The position numbers and the translations under genes are program-made. DNA of 64,000 nucleotides from a bacterium (GTDB lineage: Bacteria > Gemmatimonadota > Gemmatimonadetes > Gemmatimonadales > Gemmatimonadaceae): NCBI GenBank assembly GCA_040003345.1, contig JBDUCR010000035.1, forward strand, positions 2,244-66,243, written 5' to 3'. A model generated the notes under the pieces. It ran no database searches and was not told the DNA's origin. It saw only the letters and a program-made list of their open reading frames with translations. Shown here piece by piece: positions 1 through 9,026 of this stretch. Position 1 is the stretch's first letter; each line of letters starts with the position of its first letter.

Positions 1-42
1 ACGCATACAGCGCCAGGCTGCGGGTGATGCTCTTTTCAACCG

Positions 43-339
43 TCACGGCTGGCCCTCGCGACGCGCCTTGCGAGCCGCATCATCCAGTGCCTGCGCTTTC
101 ATCAACTTGGTGTACATGCTGTAGAAGCTGAGCCCCGCCCCGAGAAACACTCCAATGATGAGGAGCCATGGCGACGTACCAAGCTTCCGGTCCAGCCACT
201 GTCCCGCATAGAGACCCCCGAGAATCGCGATCACGAATTGAAGCCCGAGACCCGCAAATTCACTCGGAGACGTTCCCCCGGCAGCCGTTTCGCGCCTGTC
301 GTCCTTACCTGGCTGCGGGTGCCCCGATGTCCCTGTCAT
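43..339 (-). CDS. AtpZ/AtpI-like small membrane protein (putative F0F1-ATPase accessory protein)
   Basis: 98-aa ORF with two hydrophobic helices (GLGLQFVIAILGGLYAG and WLLIIGVFLGAGLSFY) and a basic C-tail. This is the layout of the small proteins that precede atp operons. Motif recall only. Confidence 0.55.
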   Translation of the reverse strand: MTGTSGHPQPGKDDRRETAAGGTSPSEFAGLGLQFVIAILGGLYAGQWLDRKLGTSPWLLIIGVFLGAGLSFYSMYTKLMKAQALDDAARKARREGQP

Positions 340-470
340 GCGAGGCGGAATCTAGCGCTTGTGAAATTTTTCGCAAGCGATTCAGACCCCTAAACCGAAC
401 ACCTCCCGAAGGCACGCCGCAGGGCTCGCAAGTGCTGTAACAGCCACAACTTTCGTTGTGACGGTTCATG

Positions 471-499
471 TTGACTATTCGTCAAGATGTTGATAAGTT
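471..499 (+). promoter_or_regulatory. sigma70-like promoter candidate TTGACT-N17-TAAGTT upstream of the first BsuPI lipoprotein gene
   Basis: TTGACT at 471-476, a 17-nt spacer, then TAAGTT at 494-499, about 68 nt before the ATG at 567. Read directly from the sequence. Confidence 0.35.
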
Positions 500-566
500 C
501 GCAACCTGTCTGATGTGTGAGCGGAAGCCCGCTCAGCTCACGACGCCGCGCCCCAATCGGTTTGCC

Positions 567-1052
567 ATGAATTCCCGCTTGCTCATCACTCTACTCTGCG
601 CCGGAGCCGTCGCACTCGCGTGCGGTTCCCTGTCACGCAACGACACGTCGGAACCGCAGAAGACGAGCAGCGCACGACATTCGAGCAAACGCGCAAAACC
701 CGACAGCACCGCCAAGGTCAACGGCGATTTCGCCGTGAAGATCGAGGCGCACGCATTGCACTTCGCGCTCAACCTCACCAACGAAAGCAAGAAACACGTC
801 GAACTGTCATTCCCAAATGGACAGCAGTACGACTTCGCGGTGCTCGACTCTGCTGGACGCGAAGTCTATCGCTGGGGACAGGGCCGGATGTTCACACAGT
901 CGGTGCAGAACAAGTTGATCGACGGCGGCAAGACCATGAGTATCGACGAGCGTGCAGAGACAACGCTGCCGCATGGCAAGTACATCGCCGTCGCAACGCT
1001 GCGCAGTTCAAACTTCCCGCTCGAGGAACGCTCCACGTTCGAGCTGCGCTGA
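567..1052 (+). CDS. lipoprotein with BsuPI-like (intracellular proteinase inhibitor) domain
   Basis: Start moved to the ATG at 567 (MNSRLLITLLCAGAVALACGS, signal peptide plus lipobox Cys). The C-terminal ~100 aa carry the BsuPI pattern: LNLTNESKKHVELSFPNGQQYDFAVLD..REVYRWGQGRMFTQ. Confidence 0.6.
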   Translation: MNSRLLITLLCAGAVALACGSLSRNDTSEPQKTSSARHSSKRAKPDSTAKVNGDFAVKIEAHALHFALNLTNESKKHVELSFPNGQQYDFAVLDSAGREVYRWGQGRMFTQSVQNKLIDGGKTMSIDERAETTLPHGKYIAVATLRSSNFPLEERSTFELR

Positions 1053-1170
1053 TCATCTCGCGCATGTGACCGCGACGAATTCGTCATGGTTGTGCAAGTA
1101 GGATCCCACGCCACTCGGGTCTCCGGGTGGCGTTTTGTCGTCCTCCTCGCGCAATGTCGCGCACGCAATC

Positions 1171-2328
1171 ATGCGCATGCCATTTCCTGCACACACACTT
1201 CGCGCTGCGACCGCTGCCGCTGTGCTTCTCTCGTTTGTAGCCGCGTGCACCAGCGATTCGAATACCTCGCCGACACAGAGTGACGCAGCGCGTGCCGTCA
1301 TCATGTTTAGACAGCTCGCCGACTCTGTGTCTCGCAGCGGCGGCGATGCGCAGCTCGGCGGCGCATACGCTTCACTCGCTGAAGTCGTGCGAATGGGCGG
1401 ACGCATCTCGCCCGTCATCATCACGGTTGACGGTGTTGCCACGCCGTTCTCCGCCACAGCACTCTACACAGAAGTGAACACCACACCGCCGTGCGCCGTT
1501 CAGGTCTGCTCGACGATCAAACAGGTGAGCATCCTCCGCACACTCATCGCCTGGCAAGACAACGACCCTCGCCGCGTCGTTGAGCTCTCGTCGGAAGCCG
1601 ACACAAACGCGATTCACGCGTATGTCTTGCCCGTGACGGTCGCATATCCCGGTACATCGGCGGCTCTCGCCTTCTTCGACGGCAAGGGCGGAATGTTTTT
1701 CGGCACGAGTGGTACACAGACATTCGGCGTCACGACGAGTGAACTTCCCTGCACTAGCGCAGCGCCTGCGCCGTTCACGCCTGCCATCTTCCCCGCGCCG
1801 CCGCTCTGCACACAGGCGAACTTCTCCGTCGCATTCAATGCCACGGCGGAGCCATCACGCTTCCTTGCGAGCAAGAACAACGCGACTGGTACGCACACCT
1901 TCTCCATGTCAGCGCAACCCGTACTCGGCGCGCGCTTTCAACTCTCCGCGATCGTACCTCCACTTCCACCAATCATCGTGACACCATCCGCCGCGTTGCC
2001 CGCGACAATTAGTGTGAAGGTGGACAGCGTCGTCACGCTGACACTCACCGTGACGAATCCATCTTCGTCGCCAGTGACGGTCAACTTCAACAGCGGGAAG
2101 CACTACGATTTTATCATCATGGACGCGACAAATCGCGCGCTGATCTGGCGATGGGGAATGGGGATGATGTTCACGCAGGCGCTCTCGTCAGAGACAATTC
2201 CGGGAAACGGAAAGCTCGAGTACACGACCCAGTGGAAGCCCGCGAACAGCGGACAGTACATTGCCGTCGGATCGCTCGTGAGCTTCTCGCACCTCGCCGA
2301 AGCGAAGGCGCCCTTCACCGTTCCTTAG
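1171..2328 (+). CDS. large lipoprotein with C-terminal BsuPI-like domain (paralogous domain to 567..1052)
   Basis: ATG at 1171 (MRMPFPAHTLRAATAAAVLLSFVAAC lipobox); the ORF-track start at 1135 is TTG. The C-terminus LTVTNPSSSPVTVNFNSGKHYDFIIMDATNRALIWRWGMGMMFTQ aligns with the neighbouring gene. Confidence 0.55.
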   Translation: MRMPFPAHTLRAATAAAVLLSFVAACTSDSNTSPTQSDAARAVIMFRQLADSVSRSGGDAQLGGAYASLAEVVRMGGRISPVIITVDGVATPFSATALYTEVNTTPPCAVQVCSTIKQVSILRTLIAWQDNDPRRVVELSSEADTNAIHAYVLPVTVAYPGTSAALAFFDGKGGMFFGTSGTQTFGVTTSELPCTSAAPAPFTPAIFPAPPLCTQANFSVAFNATAEPSRFLASKNNATGTHTFSMSAQPVLGARFQLSAIVPPLPPIIVTPSAALPATISVKVDSVVTLTLTVTNPSSSPVTVNFNSGKHYDFIIMDATNRALIWRWGMGMMFTQALSSETIPGNGKLEYTTQWKPANSGQYIAVGSLVSFSHLAEAKAPFTVP

Positions 2329-2367
2329 CGACACGGCGGCACGCCTTCTGCCTGTTCGGGGCCCACT

Positions 2368-3231
2368 ATGGCCTCCATCTGGAAGGGCGCCCTCGCATTC
2401 GGGCTCGTCAACATCCCCGTGGAGCTTCGGCCCGCGGTCCGCAGCGCCGAAACGCTTTCGTTTCGGCAGCTCGACAAGAAGCATCACAAGCCGATCAAGC
2501 TGGAGCGTGTTTCCACGGTAGACGGCAAGACCGTTCCGTGGAAAGACATCGTCAAGGGATTTGAAGTCTCGCGCGGAAAATTCGTGATCGTCGAAGATGA
2601 AGACTTCGCGTCCGCCGCGCCCGAGATGTCACGCGTCATCGAGTTGACCGATTTCGTTCCCGCTGAATCGATCGATCCACGCTACTTCGATTCGCCCTAC
2701 TTCCTCGTGCCGCGCGAGGGCGGAGACAAGGCATACGCGCTGCTGCGCGACGCACTCGCCGAGACGAACAAGGTGGGCATCGGTACCTTCGCGCTGAGGC
2801 AGAAGCAGCATCTCGCCGCCGTGAAGGCCGTAGGCCAAGCGCTCGTGCTCGAGCTCATGCGCTTCGAGAACGAGCTCGTCGATCCCAGCGAACTGAAGTT
2901 CCCGACCGCCGCGGGCGCAAAGGTGCGGCCGCAAGAGCGCGAAATGGCCGTGCAGCTCATTGAGAATCTCGCCGACGACTTCGATCCGTCGAAGTACAAG
3001 GACGAGTATCAGAACAAGCTCAAGGCGATCATCAAGGCGAAAGCAAAGGGGAAAGCAATTCCCGTCGCCGACGTCGAAGAGCCGGAGAGCACGAAGGTGC
3101 TCGATCTCGTGAGTCGTCTCGAGGCAAGTCTTGCTGCGAGCTCGAAACGCGGCGGTGCCAAGACCGCGAAGAAGAAAACGGCGAAGAAGTCCGCAGCGAA
3201 GAAGACGACTCGTCGTCGCAAATCCGCGTAG
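2368..3231 (+). CDS. ku: Ku protein (non-homologous end joining)
   Basis: N-terminus MASIWKGALAFGLVNIPVELRPA is the hallmark bacterial Ku start. Lys-rich C-terminal tail (AKTAKKKTAKKSAAKKTTRRRKSA). Confidence 0.9.
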   Translation: MASIWKGALAFGLVNIPVELRPAVRSAETLSFRQLDKKHHKPIKLERVSTVDGKTVPWKDIVKGFEVSRGKFVIVEDEDFASAAPEMSRVIELTDFVPAESIDPRYFDSPYFLVPREGGDKAYALLRDALAETNKVGIGTFALRQKQHLAAVKAVGQALVLELMRFENELVDPSELKFPTAAGAKVRPQEREMAVQLIENLADDFDPSKYKDEYQNKLKAIIKAKAKGKAIPVADVEEPESTKVLDLVSRLEASLAASSKRGGAKTAKKKTAKKSAAKKTTRRRKSA

Positions 3232-3237
3232 CGCGCG

Positions 3238-4263
3238 ATGGCGCGCACGCCCGCTCCAATGCTCGCGTCGCCGGCGGGAGATCTCCCGCTGCTCGCGGGG
3301 TGGACCATCGAGCCGAAGTGGGACGGCATTCGCGTCATCGCGGACGCGACATCTCGCGGCACACATCTCTGGAGCCGCAACGGCATCGACAAAGCGCATC
3401 AGTTTCCCGAAGTCGCCGACGGCCTGACCAGTCTCGCGAAAACCAACGGCTCGCTCATCCTGGATGGTGAGCTCGTCGCCGTCGACCGCACCGGAAAGCC
3501 GCTTCGTTTTCAGGCACTGCAGAGCCGTCATGCGAGTGGCCGCAGTTCCGCCGCCAGCGACACACCGGCAACGCGCACGGCGTTCGTCGTCTTCGACGTG
3601 CTCTCGGCATCGACGCGCGACCTTCGCAAGCTCCCCTGGACCGCTCGTCGCGAGGTGCTCGAGTCAGTCGTGCCAAAGTCAGCGCGTGGATTCGTCCGTC
3701 GAGGCGATTCGTACAAGTGCGGCTCAGCCGGCGCAAAACGGATCATCGCTGCTGCACAGCGCGACGGGTGGGAAGGGTTGATCCTCAAGCAGATGGACGC
3801 GCCGTACACGTCGGGGCAGCGCTCCCCGCTCTGGCGGAAAGTGAAGCTCGAGCACGAGCAGGAGTTCGTTATCGGCGGCTACACGCTTCCCACTACAGGC
3901 GCCGACCGCTCGCACCTGGGCGCGTTGCTCATCGGCTACTACGACGACGAGGGTAAGCTCCGCTACGCTGGCAAGGTCGGTACCGGATACACGCGCGCCA
4001 CGCTTGCGGAGCTTGGCAAGAAGCTCGGCGCCCTGCGTCGCGCGACATCTCCGTTCGTCGACGCGCCGAACAAGCGCGATCCCGCCGAGTGGGTCAAGCC
4101 GAAGCTCGTCGCCCAGATCCGCTACAATGAGATGACGGACGGCGGTGTACTGCGCCAGCCAAGCTTCCTCGGTCTTCGCGATGACAAGGATGCGAAAGAC
4201 GTTCGCCTCGAGGCGGATACGTCGCGGAAAGCGGTCCTCGAAACGCTCCGCTGCGCATCCTGA
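3238..4263 (+). CDS. ligD: ATP-dependent DNA ligase, LigD ligase domain only (no polymerase or phosphoesterase domain)
   Basis: Adenylation motif EPKWDGIR (KxDG). 341 aa. Starts 7 nt after the ku stop. The length fits adenylation plus OB domains only. Confidence 0.85.
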   Translation: MARTPAPMLASPAGDLPLLAGWTIEPKWDGIRVIADATSRGTHLWSRNGIDKAHQFPEVADGLTSLAKTNGSLILDGELVAVDRTGKPLRFQALQSRHASGRSSAASDTPATRTAFVVFDVLSASTRDLRKLPWTARREVLESVVPKSARGFVRRGDSYKCGSAGAKRIIAAAQRDGWEGLILKQMDAPYTSGQRSPLWRKVKLEHEQEFVIGGYTLPTTGADRSHLGALLIGYYDDEGKLRYAGKVGTGYTRATLAELGKKLGALRRATSPFVDAPNKRDPAEWVKPKLVAQIRYNEMTDGGVLRQPSFLGLRDDKDAKDVRLEADTSRKAVLETLRCAS

Positions 4264-4367
4264 TCACCGTCGCAACTCCCCTTCGCCCGACCTCTTTTCG
4301 TGCCGCCATTCGCCAGTCGGGTCCGACATCTGCATCATTTCGCGGGAGCTGTACGTAGGACATGTGT

Positions 4368-4396
4368 CGGGGGGTGCCACGAGGGCCCCCCGTTTT
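4368..4396 (+). terminator. candidate intrinsic terminator downstream of ku-ligD
   Basis: CGGGGGG-loop-CCCCCCG hairpin (4368-4392) followed by TTTT (4393-4396), about 105 nt after the ligD stop. Confidence 0.4.
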
Positions 4397-4481
4397 GCGC
4401 CCGGCGGCTTCTGGCGCCTCGTCCCTCCCGCTAACCTTCTCGGTACAGCCGTTGTCTCATCTTCGTGCCTAACCCGATATC

Positions 4482-5495
4482 GTGACGAGCTCTCTCAAAG
4501 TCAGCCACGCACGCGACGACAGTCGCGACCTCGAGCTGCTGGATCAGCTCGCCGCCGCGCGCGCCGCGCTGAACGAGCAGATCGCCCGCCGCATCATCGG
4601 CCAGCGTGACGTCGTGGACAACCTCGTGGCCGCCATGCTCTCCGGCGGTCACGCACTGCTCGTCGGTGTGCCCGGCCTCGCAAAGACGTTACTCGTGCAG
4701 ACAGTGGCCCAGGCGCTCGATCTTCAGTTCTCGCGTGTGCAGTTCACGCCGGATCTCATGCCGAGCGACATCACTGGCACCGAGTTGCTCGAGGAGGATC
4801 ACGCCACTGGCCGTCGCTTTTTCAAGTTCGTGCACGGGCCGGTGTTCGCGAACATTGTCCTCGCAGACGAGATCAACCGCGCGCCACCGAAGACGCAGGC
4901 CGCACTGCTTCAGGCCATGCAGGAACACAACGTCACGGCCGCCGGCAAGACGCACAAGCTGCCGGAACCGTTTTTTGTGCTCGCAACGCAAAACCCCATC
5001 GAGCAGGAAGGCACGTATCCCCTGCCTGAAGCACAGCTCGATCGCTTCATGGTGCAGCTCACCGTCGGCTATCCGTCGCGCGAGGAAGAAGAGCGCATCG
5101 TGGTGGAGACGACGTCAGATCGCGAGATCGAAGTGAAGCCCGTGCTCACCGGTGCGCAGCTGAGTGAGCTCCTCCATCTCGTGCGACGCCTGCCGGCGGC
5201 GCCGAGTATCGTGAGTTATGCAGTGAAGCTCGCGCGCAGCACGCGGCCGGATTCGCCGGAAGCGTCGCCGCTGGTGAAAAAGTACGTCAGCTGGGGCGCC
5301 GGTCCGCGCGCATCGCAATACCTGATACTCGGCGCCAAGGCCCGCGCGGCGATGGATGGCCGCGCCATGCCGGATATGGAAGACGTTCAGGCGATGGCAG
5401 TGCCGGTGCTCATGCATCGCGTCGTGCTCAACTTCCAGGCGGAAGCCGAGGGCGTGACATCGAAGTCGATCATCGACGGATTGGACAGGAAGTAG
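4482..5495 (+). CDS. MoxR-family AAA+ ATPase
   Basis: GVPGLAKT Walker [23 protein letters not shown] and [22 protein letters not shown] motifs typical of MoxR. GTG start. Confidence 0.9.
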   Translation: MTSSLKVSHARDDSRDLELLDQLAAARAALNEQIARRIIGQRDVVDNLVAAMLSGGHALLVGVPGLAKTLLVQTVAQALDLQFSRVQFTPDLMPSDITGTELLEEDHATGRRFFKFVHGPVFANIVLADEINRAPPKTQAALLQAMQEHNVTAAGKTHKLPEPFFVLATQNPIEQEGTYPLPEAQLDRFMVQLTVGYPSREEEERIVVETTSDREIEVKPVLTGAQLSELLHLVRRLPAAPSIVSYAVKLARSTRPDSPEASPLVKKYVSWGAGPRASQYLILGAKARAAMDGRAMPDMEDVQAMAVPVLMHRVVLNFQAEAEGVTSKSIIDGLDRK

Positions 5496-5520
5496 GCGCG
5501 CTGCGCAGTCTCTCGCGAAG

Positions 5521-6063
5521 TCAGGTGCGCAGCTTCGCTCTCGCCTCACTCACTTTTCGCGCGAAAATCGTCGCATCCTGCTCGGAGAAGTTGGCCATCA
5601 ACGGCGTGTTGTTCAGCTTGACGTCGCGGAAAACTTCTTCGCCGTTTCTGCGCTTGAGCTGAAGACGTCCGTCCGCGTATTGCGCCGTCGACAGATCGCG
5701 CAGATGATACGCGATGCCATGATCGAACACAGGTTGAAGCGCGCCGAGTACCATGCGGGCGATCATGCGCTCGTTCGTGCCCTTGATCGAATCCGTGGCG
5801 GCACCTGCGTTCTTCATGCGATCGAGGCCGCGGTCAGTGAACTGCATCACGATGGTGGTGTCCAGCAGCACCAACGCGCCTGAGCCGTCTTTGCTGGTGA
5901 TGGCATAAGCACCGCTAGCGGGATTCGCACGCGGAACGATGTGCGCAACGGAATCCGGCAGACGCACATTGAAATTCACGCCAGTGTCCTGCGCGCGCAC
6001 GGGCGATGCGATCAGAGCGAGCGCGGCAAGAGCAGACAGCGAAAGGCGGTGGGGCAGACGCAT
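5521..6063 (-). CDS. secreted hypothetical protein
   Basis: Start moved to MRLPHRLSLSALAALALIASPVRAQ (signal peptide). The longer ORF-track start would overlap the upstream kinase gene. No recognisable domain. Confidence 0.5.
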   Translation of the reverse strand: MRLPHRLSLSALAALALIASPVRAQDTGVNFNVRLPDSVAHIVPRANPASGAYAITSKDGSGALVLLDTTIVMQFTDRGLDRMKNAGAATDSIKGTNERMIARMVLGALQPVFDHGIAYHLRDLSTAQYADGRLQLKRRNGEEVFRDVKLNNTPLMANFSEQDATIFARKVSEARAKLRT

Positions 6064-6131
6064 GCGGGATTCTCCGGCAAGTGGAAGGACGAGAATCCGT
6101 ACGCCACCGTGAATGAAAAGGTTCCGCTTCC

Positions 6132-7454
6132 TTACGCTGCGTGCTGCCGCGGATCGAGCGCGGCAGGAACATCGGAATTGAAGATGACGCTGAACGTCGA
6201 GCCGACGCCAACCGTGCTCGAGACGGCGATTTTCCATCCCATGAGCGTCGCGAGGGATTGCGTGATGCTCAGTCCCAGTCCTGTTCCGCCATAGTTGCGC
6301 GACGTCGTCGTATCGGCCTGCTGAAACGCTTCGAACACGGCTTGCAGTCGATCCTCGCGAATACCGATTCCAGTGTCCGCTACTTCGAGACGGATTGGTG
6401 CGCCGGTGGCGGGATCGGCCACGACGCGCAGTGTGACCTTGCCGCCTTCGGTGAACTTCAGCGCGTTGCCGACGAGGTTGATGATGATCTGCTTCAGCCG
6501 CGCTCGATCGGCAACGATTACCGCGCGTCGTGGAAGCTCGGCAACGAGCAGCACCTTGCGTGCTTCCGCCTGCAACTCGAACTGGCTGAGCGTCTCGCGC
6601 ACGAGCGGGCCGAGGTCAACGAGAACGCGCTCGAGATCCGTCTCACTCGCCTCGATCTTCGCGAGATCGAGCACGCCATTGATGAGATTGAGCAAATGGG
6701 CGCCGCTGGTGCTCACTCGTGTGAGGTAGATGAGATCCTGCGGGCCTATGCGTCCGTTCGTGTTTCGCAGCACGACATTCGTGAAGCCGATGATGGAATT
6801 CAGCGGCGTGCGCAGCTCATGGCTCATGTTCGCGAGGAATGTGCTCTTGGCGGCGTTCGCCGCTTCAGCCTCGCTCAGTGCACCTTCCAGTTGCTTTGAG
6901 CGCTCCTCGAGAAGTCGGTTGTTCTCCTCGATCAACGCATTCTGCTCGCGAATGTGTCCGTTTCTGCGCGCGACCTTCTGCCCTTGCAGGTAGGAGTGGA
7001 GACTGAAGACGGTCGTGTACGCAACGACGACGGCGATGCTCAGCGTTTCCGTGGTATGCGACGCAGAGAACAGATCGACGTGAAAACCCGTGAGCAATCC
7101 GACGAGCACTGCGCCGGCCGCCGTGCAGATGAGCGCCCGCAGCGCGAACAGCAATCCGCCAAAGCTGACGTTTCCCGCATTGACCCCGAGCACACCTGCC
7201 GCGTTGGGCCACAGGCTGAAGCCAGTCAGCGGGATATAGCAACCGATGAGAAACGAGTCCACGAGCAGGTTGCGTCGCTCCGCGCGCTTGCTATCGATCG
7301 CACGCGTGGCGAGGTGCCGCGCCACGTGCGGATACACGAGCGTGTGGATCACGAAGAGCACCATCGCCCAGACGGGAATCATCCGTCCCCACATGTGCGC
7401 ACCGTACAGCATGGCGAACAGTGGGTACGTTGTCACACGCACCAGAAAGTTCAT
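6132..7454 (-). CDS. membrane sensor histidine kinase (multi-TM N-terminal sensor, HisKA, HATPase_c); no response regulator adjacent
   Basis: H-box FLANMSHELRTPLNSIIGF, N-box INLVGNALKFT, G-boxes DTGIGI and GGTGLGLSI. The N-terminal ~190 aa are hydrophobic (possibly MASE2-like, weak). Start taken at the ATG at 7454 (MNFLVRV); the ORF track extends to 7607. Confidence 0.85.
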   Translation of the reverse strand: MNFLVRVTTYPLFAMLYGAHMWGRMIPVWAMVLFVIHTLVYPHVARHLATRAIDSKRAERRNLLVDSFLIGCYIPLTGFSLWPNAAGVLGVNAGNVSFGGLLFALRALICTAAGAVLVGLLTGFHVDLFSASHTTETLSIAVVVAYTTVFSLHSYLQGQKVARRNGHIREQNALIEENNRLLEERSKQLEGALSEAEAANAAKSTFLANMSHELRTPLNSIIGFTNVVLRNTNGRIGPQDLIYLTRVSTSGAHLLNLINGVLDLAKIEASETDLERVLVDLGPLVRETLSQFELQAEARKVLLVAELPRRAVIVADRARLKQIIINLVGNALKFTEGGKVTLRVVADPATGAPIRLEVADTGIGIREDRLQAVFEAFQQADTTTSRNYGGTGLGLSITQSLATLMGWKIAVSSTVGVGSTFSVIFNSDVPAALDPRQHAA

Positions 7455-7725
7455 CCTGACTGTTGGATGAACACGATGCGCCGGGAAATCCGACAGGGTG
7501 ATCGCGGCAGAAAGCCGTGGCGGTAACTTCGTCGACAAGCGTATTGTGGTCGCGAATGAGGGTATCTGCTCCGAGTATCGGCAGAAGAACGGCGCCGCGA
7601 CACACATGGCGGCCTGGCCAGGCGCCCAGCATCGGCGTCACCAGCCGCGCCCTGCCGTGCTGGAAGCGCGCCGCCGGCGTCGCGCGGGGCGTCAACACCT
7701 TTCTGGCACTCGCCCCGAGCTGCCC

Positions 7726-8967
7726 TCAGCCGTTGCGGGTCTGCAGAAAGTCGGCAAGACTCCCGAACCCGGAGCGCACGTCGTCATCACTGCCGGCAAA
7801 GGATGCGCGCACCCAGCCTTCCGTACCGAACGCGGACCCCGGCACGACGGCGACATCACACTCGTGAAGCAGCGAGAGCACGAAGTCCGCACTGGCGCCG
7901 GCCGTACGATCGCCGATCGGAAGGAAACAGTAGAACGCGCCGGCAGGCTTCACATAGTCCGGATACACGCGCGCCAACGCGCTGACGGCGAGGTCACGTC
8001 GCACTCGGAGTGCAGCAAGCATCTCGCGCTGCGCTACCTCCGCTTCAGCTTTGCTCGAGATTGCGGCGAGCGCGGCGTATTGCGAAATCGTGGTCGCATT
8101 CGATGTGATGTGCGATTGCAAACCGATCATCGCACTTGCAATCATGCGCGGCGCGATCACCCACCCGATGCGCCAACCGGTCATCGCATACGCCTTTGCT
8201 ACGCCTCCCACCGAGACGACCTCTGCGTCGGGTGCGCATGCAGCGAGAATGGAGGGTGCGTCGCCATCATATGAAAGCGGACGATAGATCTCGTCAGAGA
8301 TGATCCACCATCCACGCTCGGCAGCGAGCGCCGCAATCGCTCGCAGCTCGTCGATGTCATAGACAGCGCCGGAGGGATTCATCGGTGAGCCGAGTATGAG
8401 TCCGCGCGTGCGCGGTGTCGCGGACGCACGGAGCGAATGGACATCCACCTTCCAGCCTCGCGTGTGGTCGCCCGCAACAGCAACAGGCGTCGCACGAGCG
8501 AGGCGCACCATCTCGGCGTAACTCGGCCACGCGGGGCTCGGGATCAACACGTCGTCGCCCGGACCGAAGAGCACGAAGCACGACTCGAACAGCGCCTGCT
8601 TCGATCCGCTGGTGACGACGACCTCCGACTTGTCCACCAGTCGCCGACCCGCCGACAATTCCTGCGCCTCCGCAGCAATTGCCTCGCGCAACGCAACGAT
8701 TCCCTCCACGGCCGTATAACGCGTACGTCCTTCGGCAATCGCGCGCTCCGCCGCTTCGCTGATGAATCGCGGGGTCGCGAACGAAGGCTCGCCAATTCCC
8801 AGATCGATCACGTGACGACCGCTCGCACGCGCTGATTGCACGCGCTCCAGAATGGCAAGTGTCGCCGAGCGTGCGATGCCGTCGATGTTAGCTGAGAGTG
8901 CTGTCGTCGTGGCTGAGAACACGCGGCGCACGGAATCTGAGATTTCGTTCATATCGAGAAAGGTCAT
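7726..8967 (-). CDS. class I/II pyridoxal-phosphate aminotransferase (aspartate aminotransferase-like)
   Basis: PLP-lysine context VSVGGVAKAYAMTGWRIGW, plus the GEPSF and NPSG motifs. Confidence 0.85.
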   Translation of the reverse strand: MTFLDMNEISDSVRRVFSATTTALSANIDGIARSATLAILERVQSARASGRHVIDLGIGEPSFATPRFISEAAERAIAEGRTRYTAVEGIVALREAIAAEAQELSAGRRLVDKSEVVVTSGSKQALFESCFVLFGPGDDVLIPSPAWPSYAEMVRLARATPVAVAGDHTRGWKVDVHSLRASATPRTRGLILGSPMNPSGAVYDIDELRAIAALAAERGWWIISDEIYRPLSYDGDAPSILAACAPDAEVVSVGGVAKAYAMTGWRIGWVIAPRMIASAMIGLQSHITSNATTISQYAALAAISSKAEAEVAQREMLAALRVRRDLAVSALARVYPDYVKPAGAFYCFLPIGDRTAGASADFVLSLLHECDVAVVPGSAFGTEGWVRASFAGSDDDVRSGFGSLADFLQTRNG

Positions 8968-9026
8968 CGGATTTCCATCTTCGGCAAGGATTGCTACGTT
9001 GACTCACCCCGAACCAGTCTCGAGCC

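Noticed and set aside
2629-3531. Long ORFs antisense to, or out of frame with, the annotated genes. Examples: 2629-3531(-), 26115-27023(+), 27461-28600(-), 31960-32874(+), 44990-45823(+), 46186-47037(+), 52406-53899(+), 54014-54976(+), 60347-61330(+).
   Set aside because: They are Arg/Ala/Pro-rich with no motifs. They lie opposite genes with unambiguous family signatures (Ku, GcvT, LytS kinase, GH109-like, porin, XerC, TopA, PilQ). Such open frames are expected in high-GC DNA.
7455-7607. N-terminal extensions given by the ORF track for many genes. Examples: 6132-7607, 23820-25712, 25908-27557, 31564-33093, 32972-34501, 37654-38658, 55812-57122.
   Set aside because: The extensions are Arg-rich and overlap upstream genes. 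Each is followed by an internal ATG that begins a recognisable signal peptide or the conserved N-terminus of the family, so the shorter coordinates were used.
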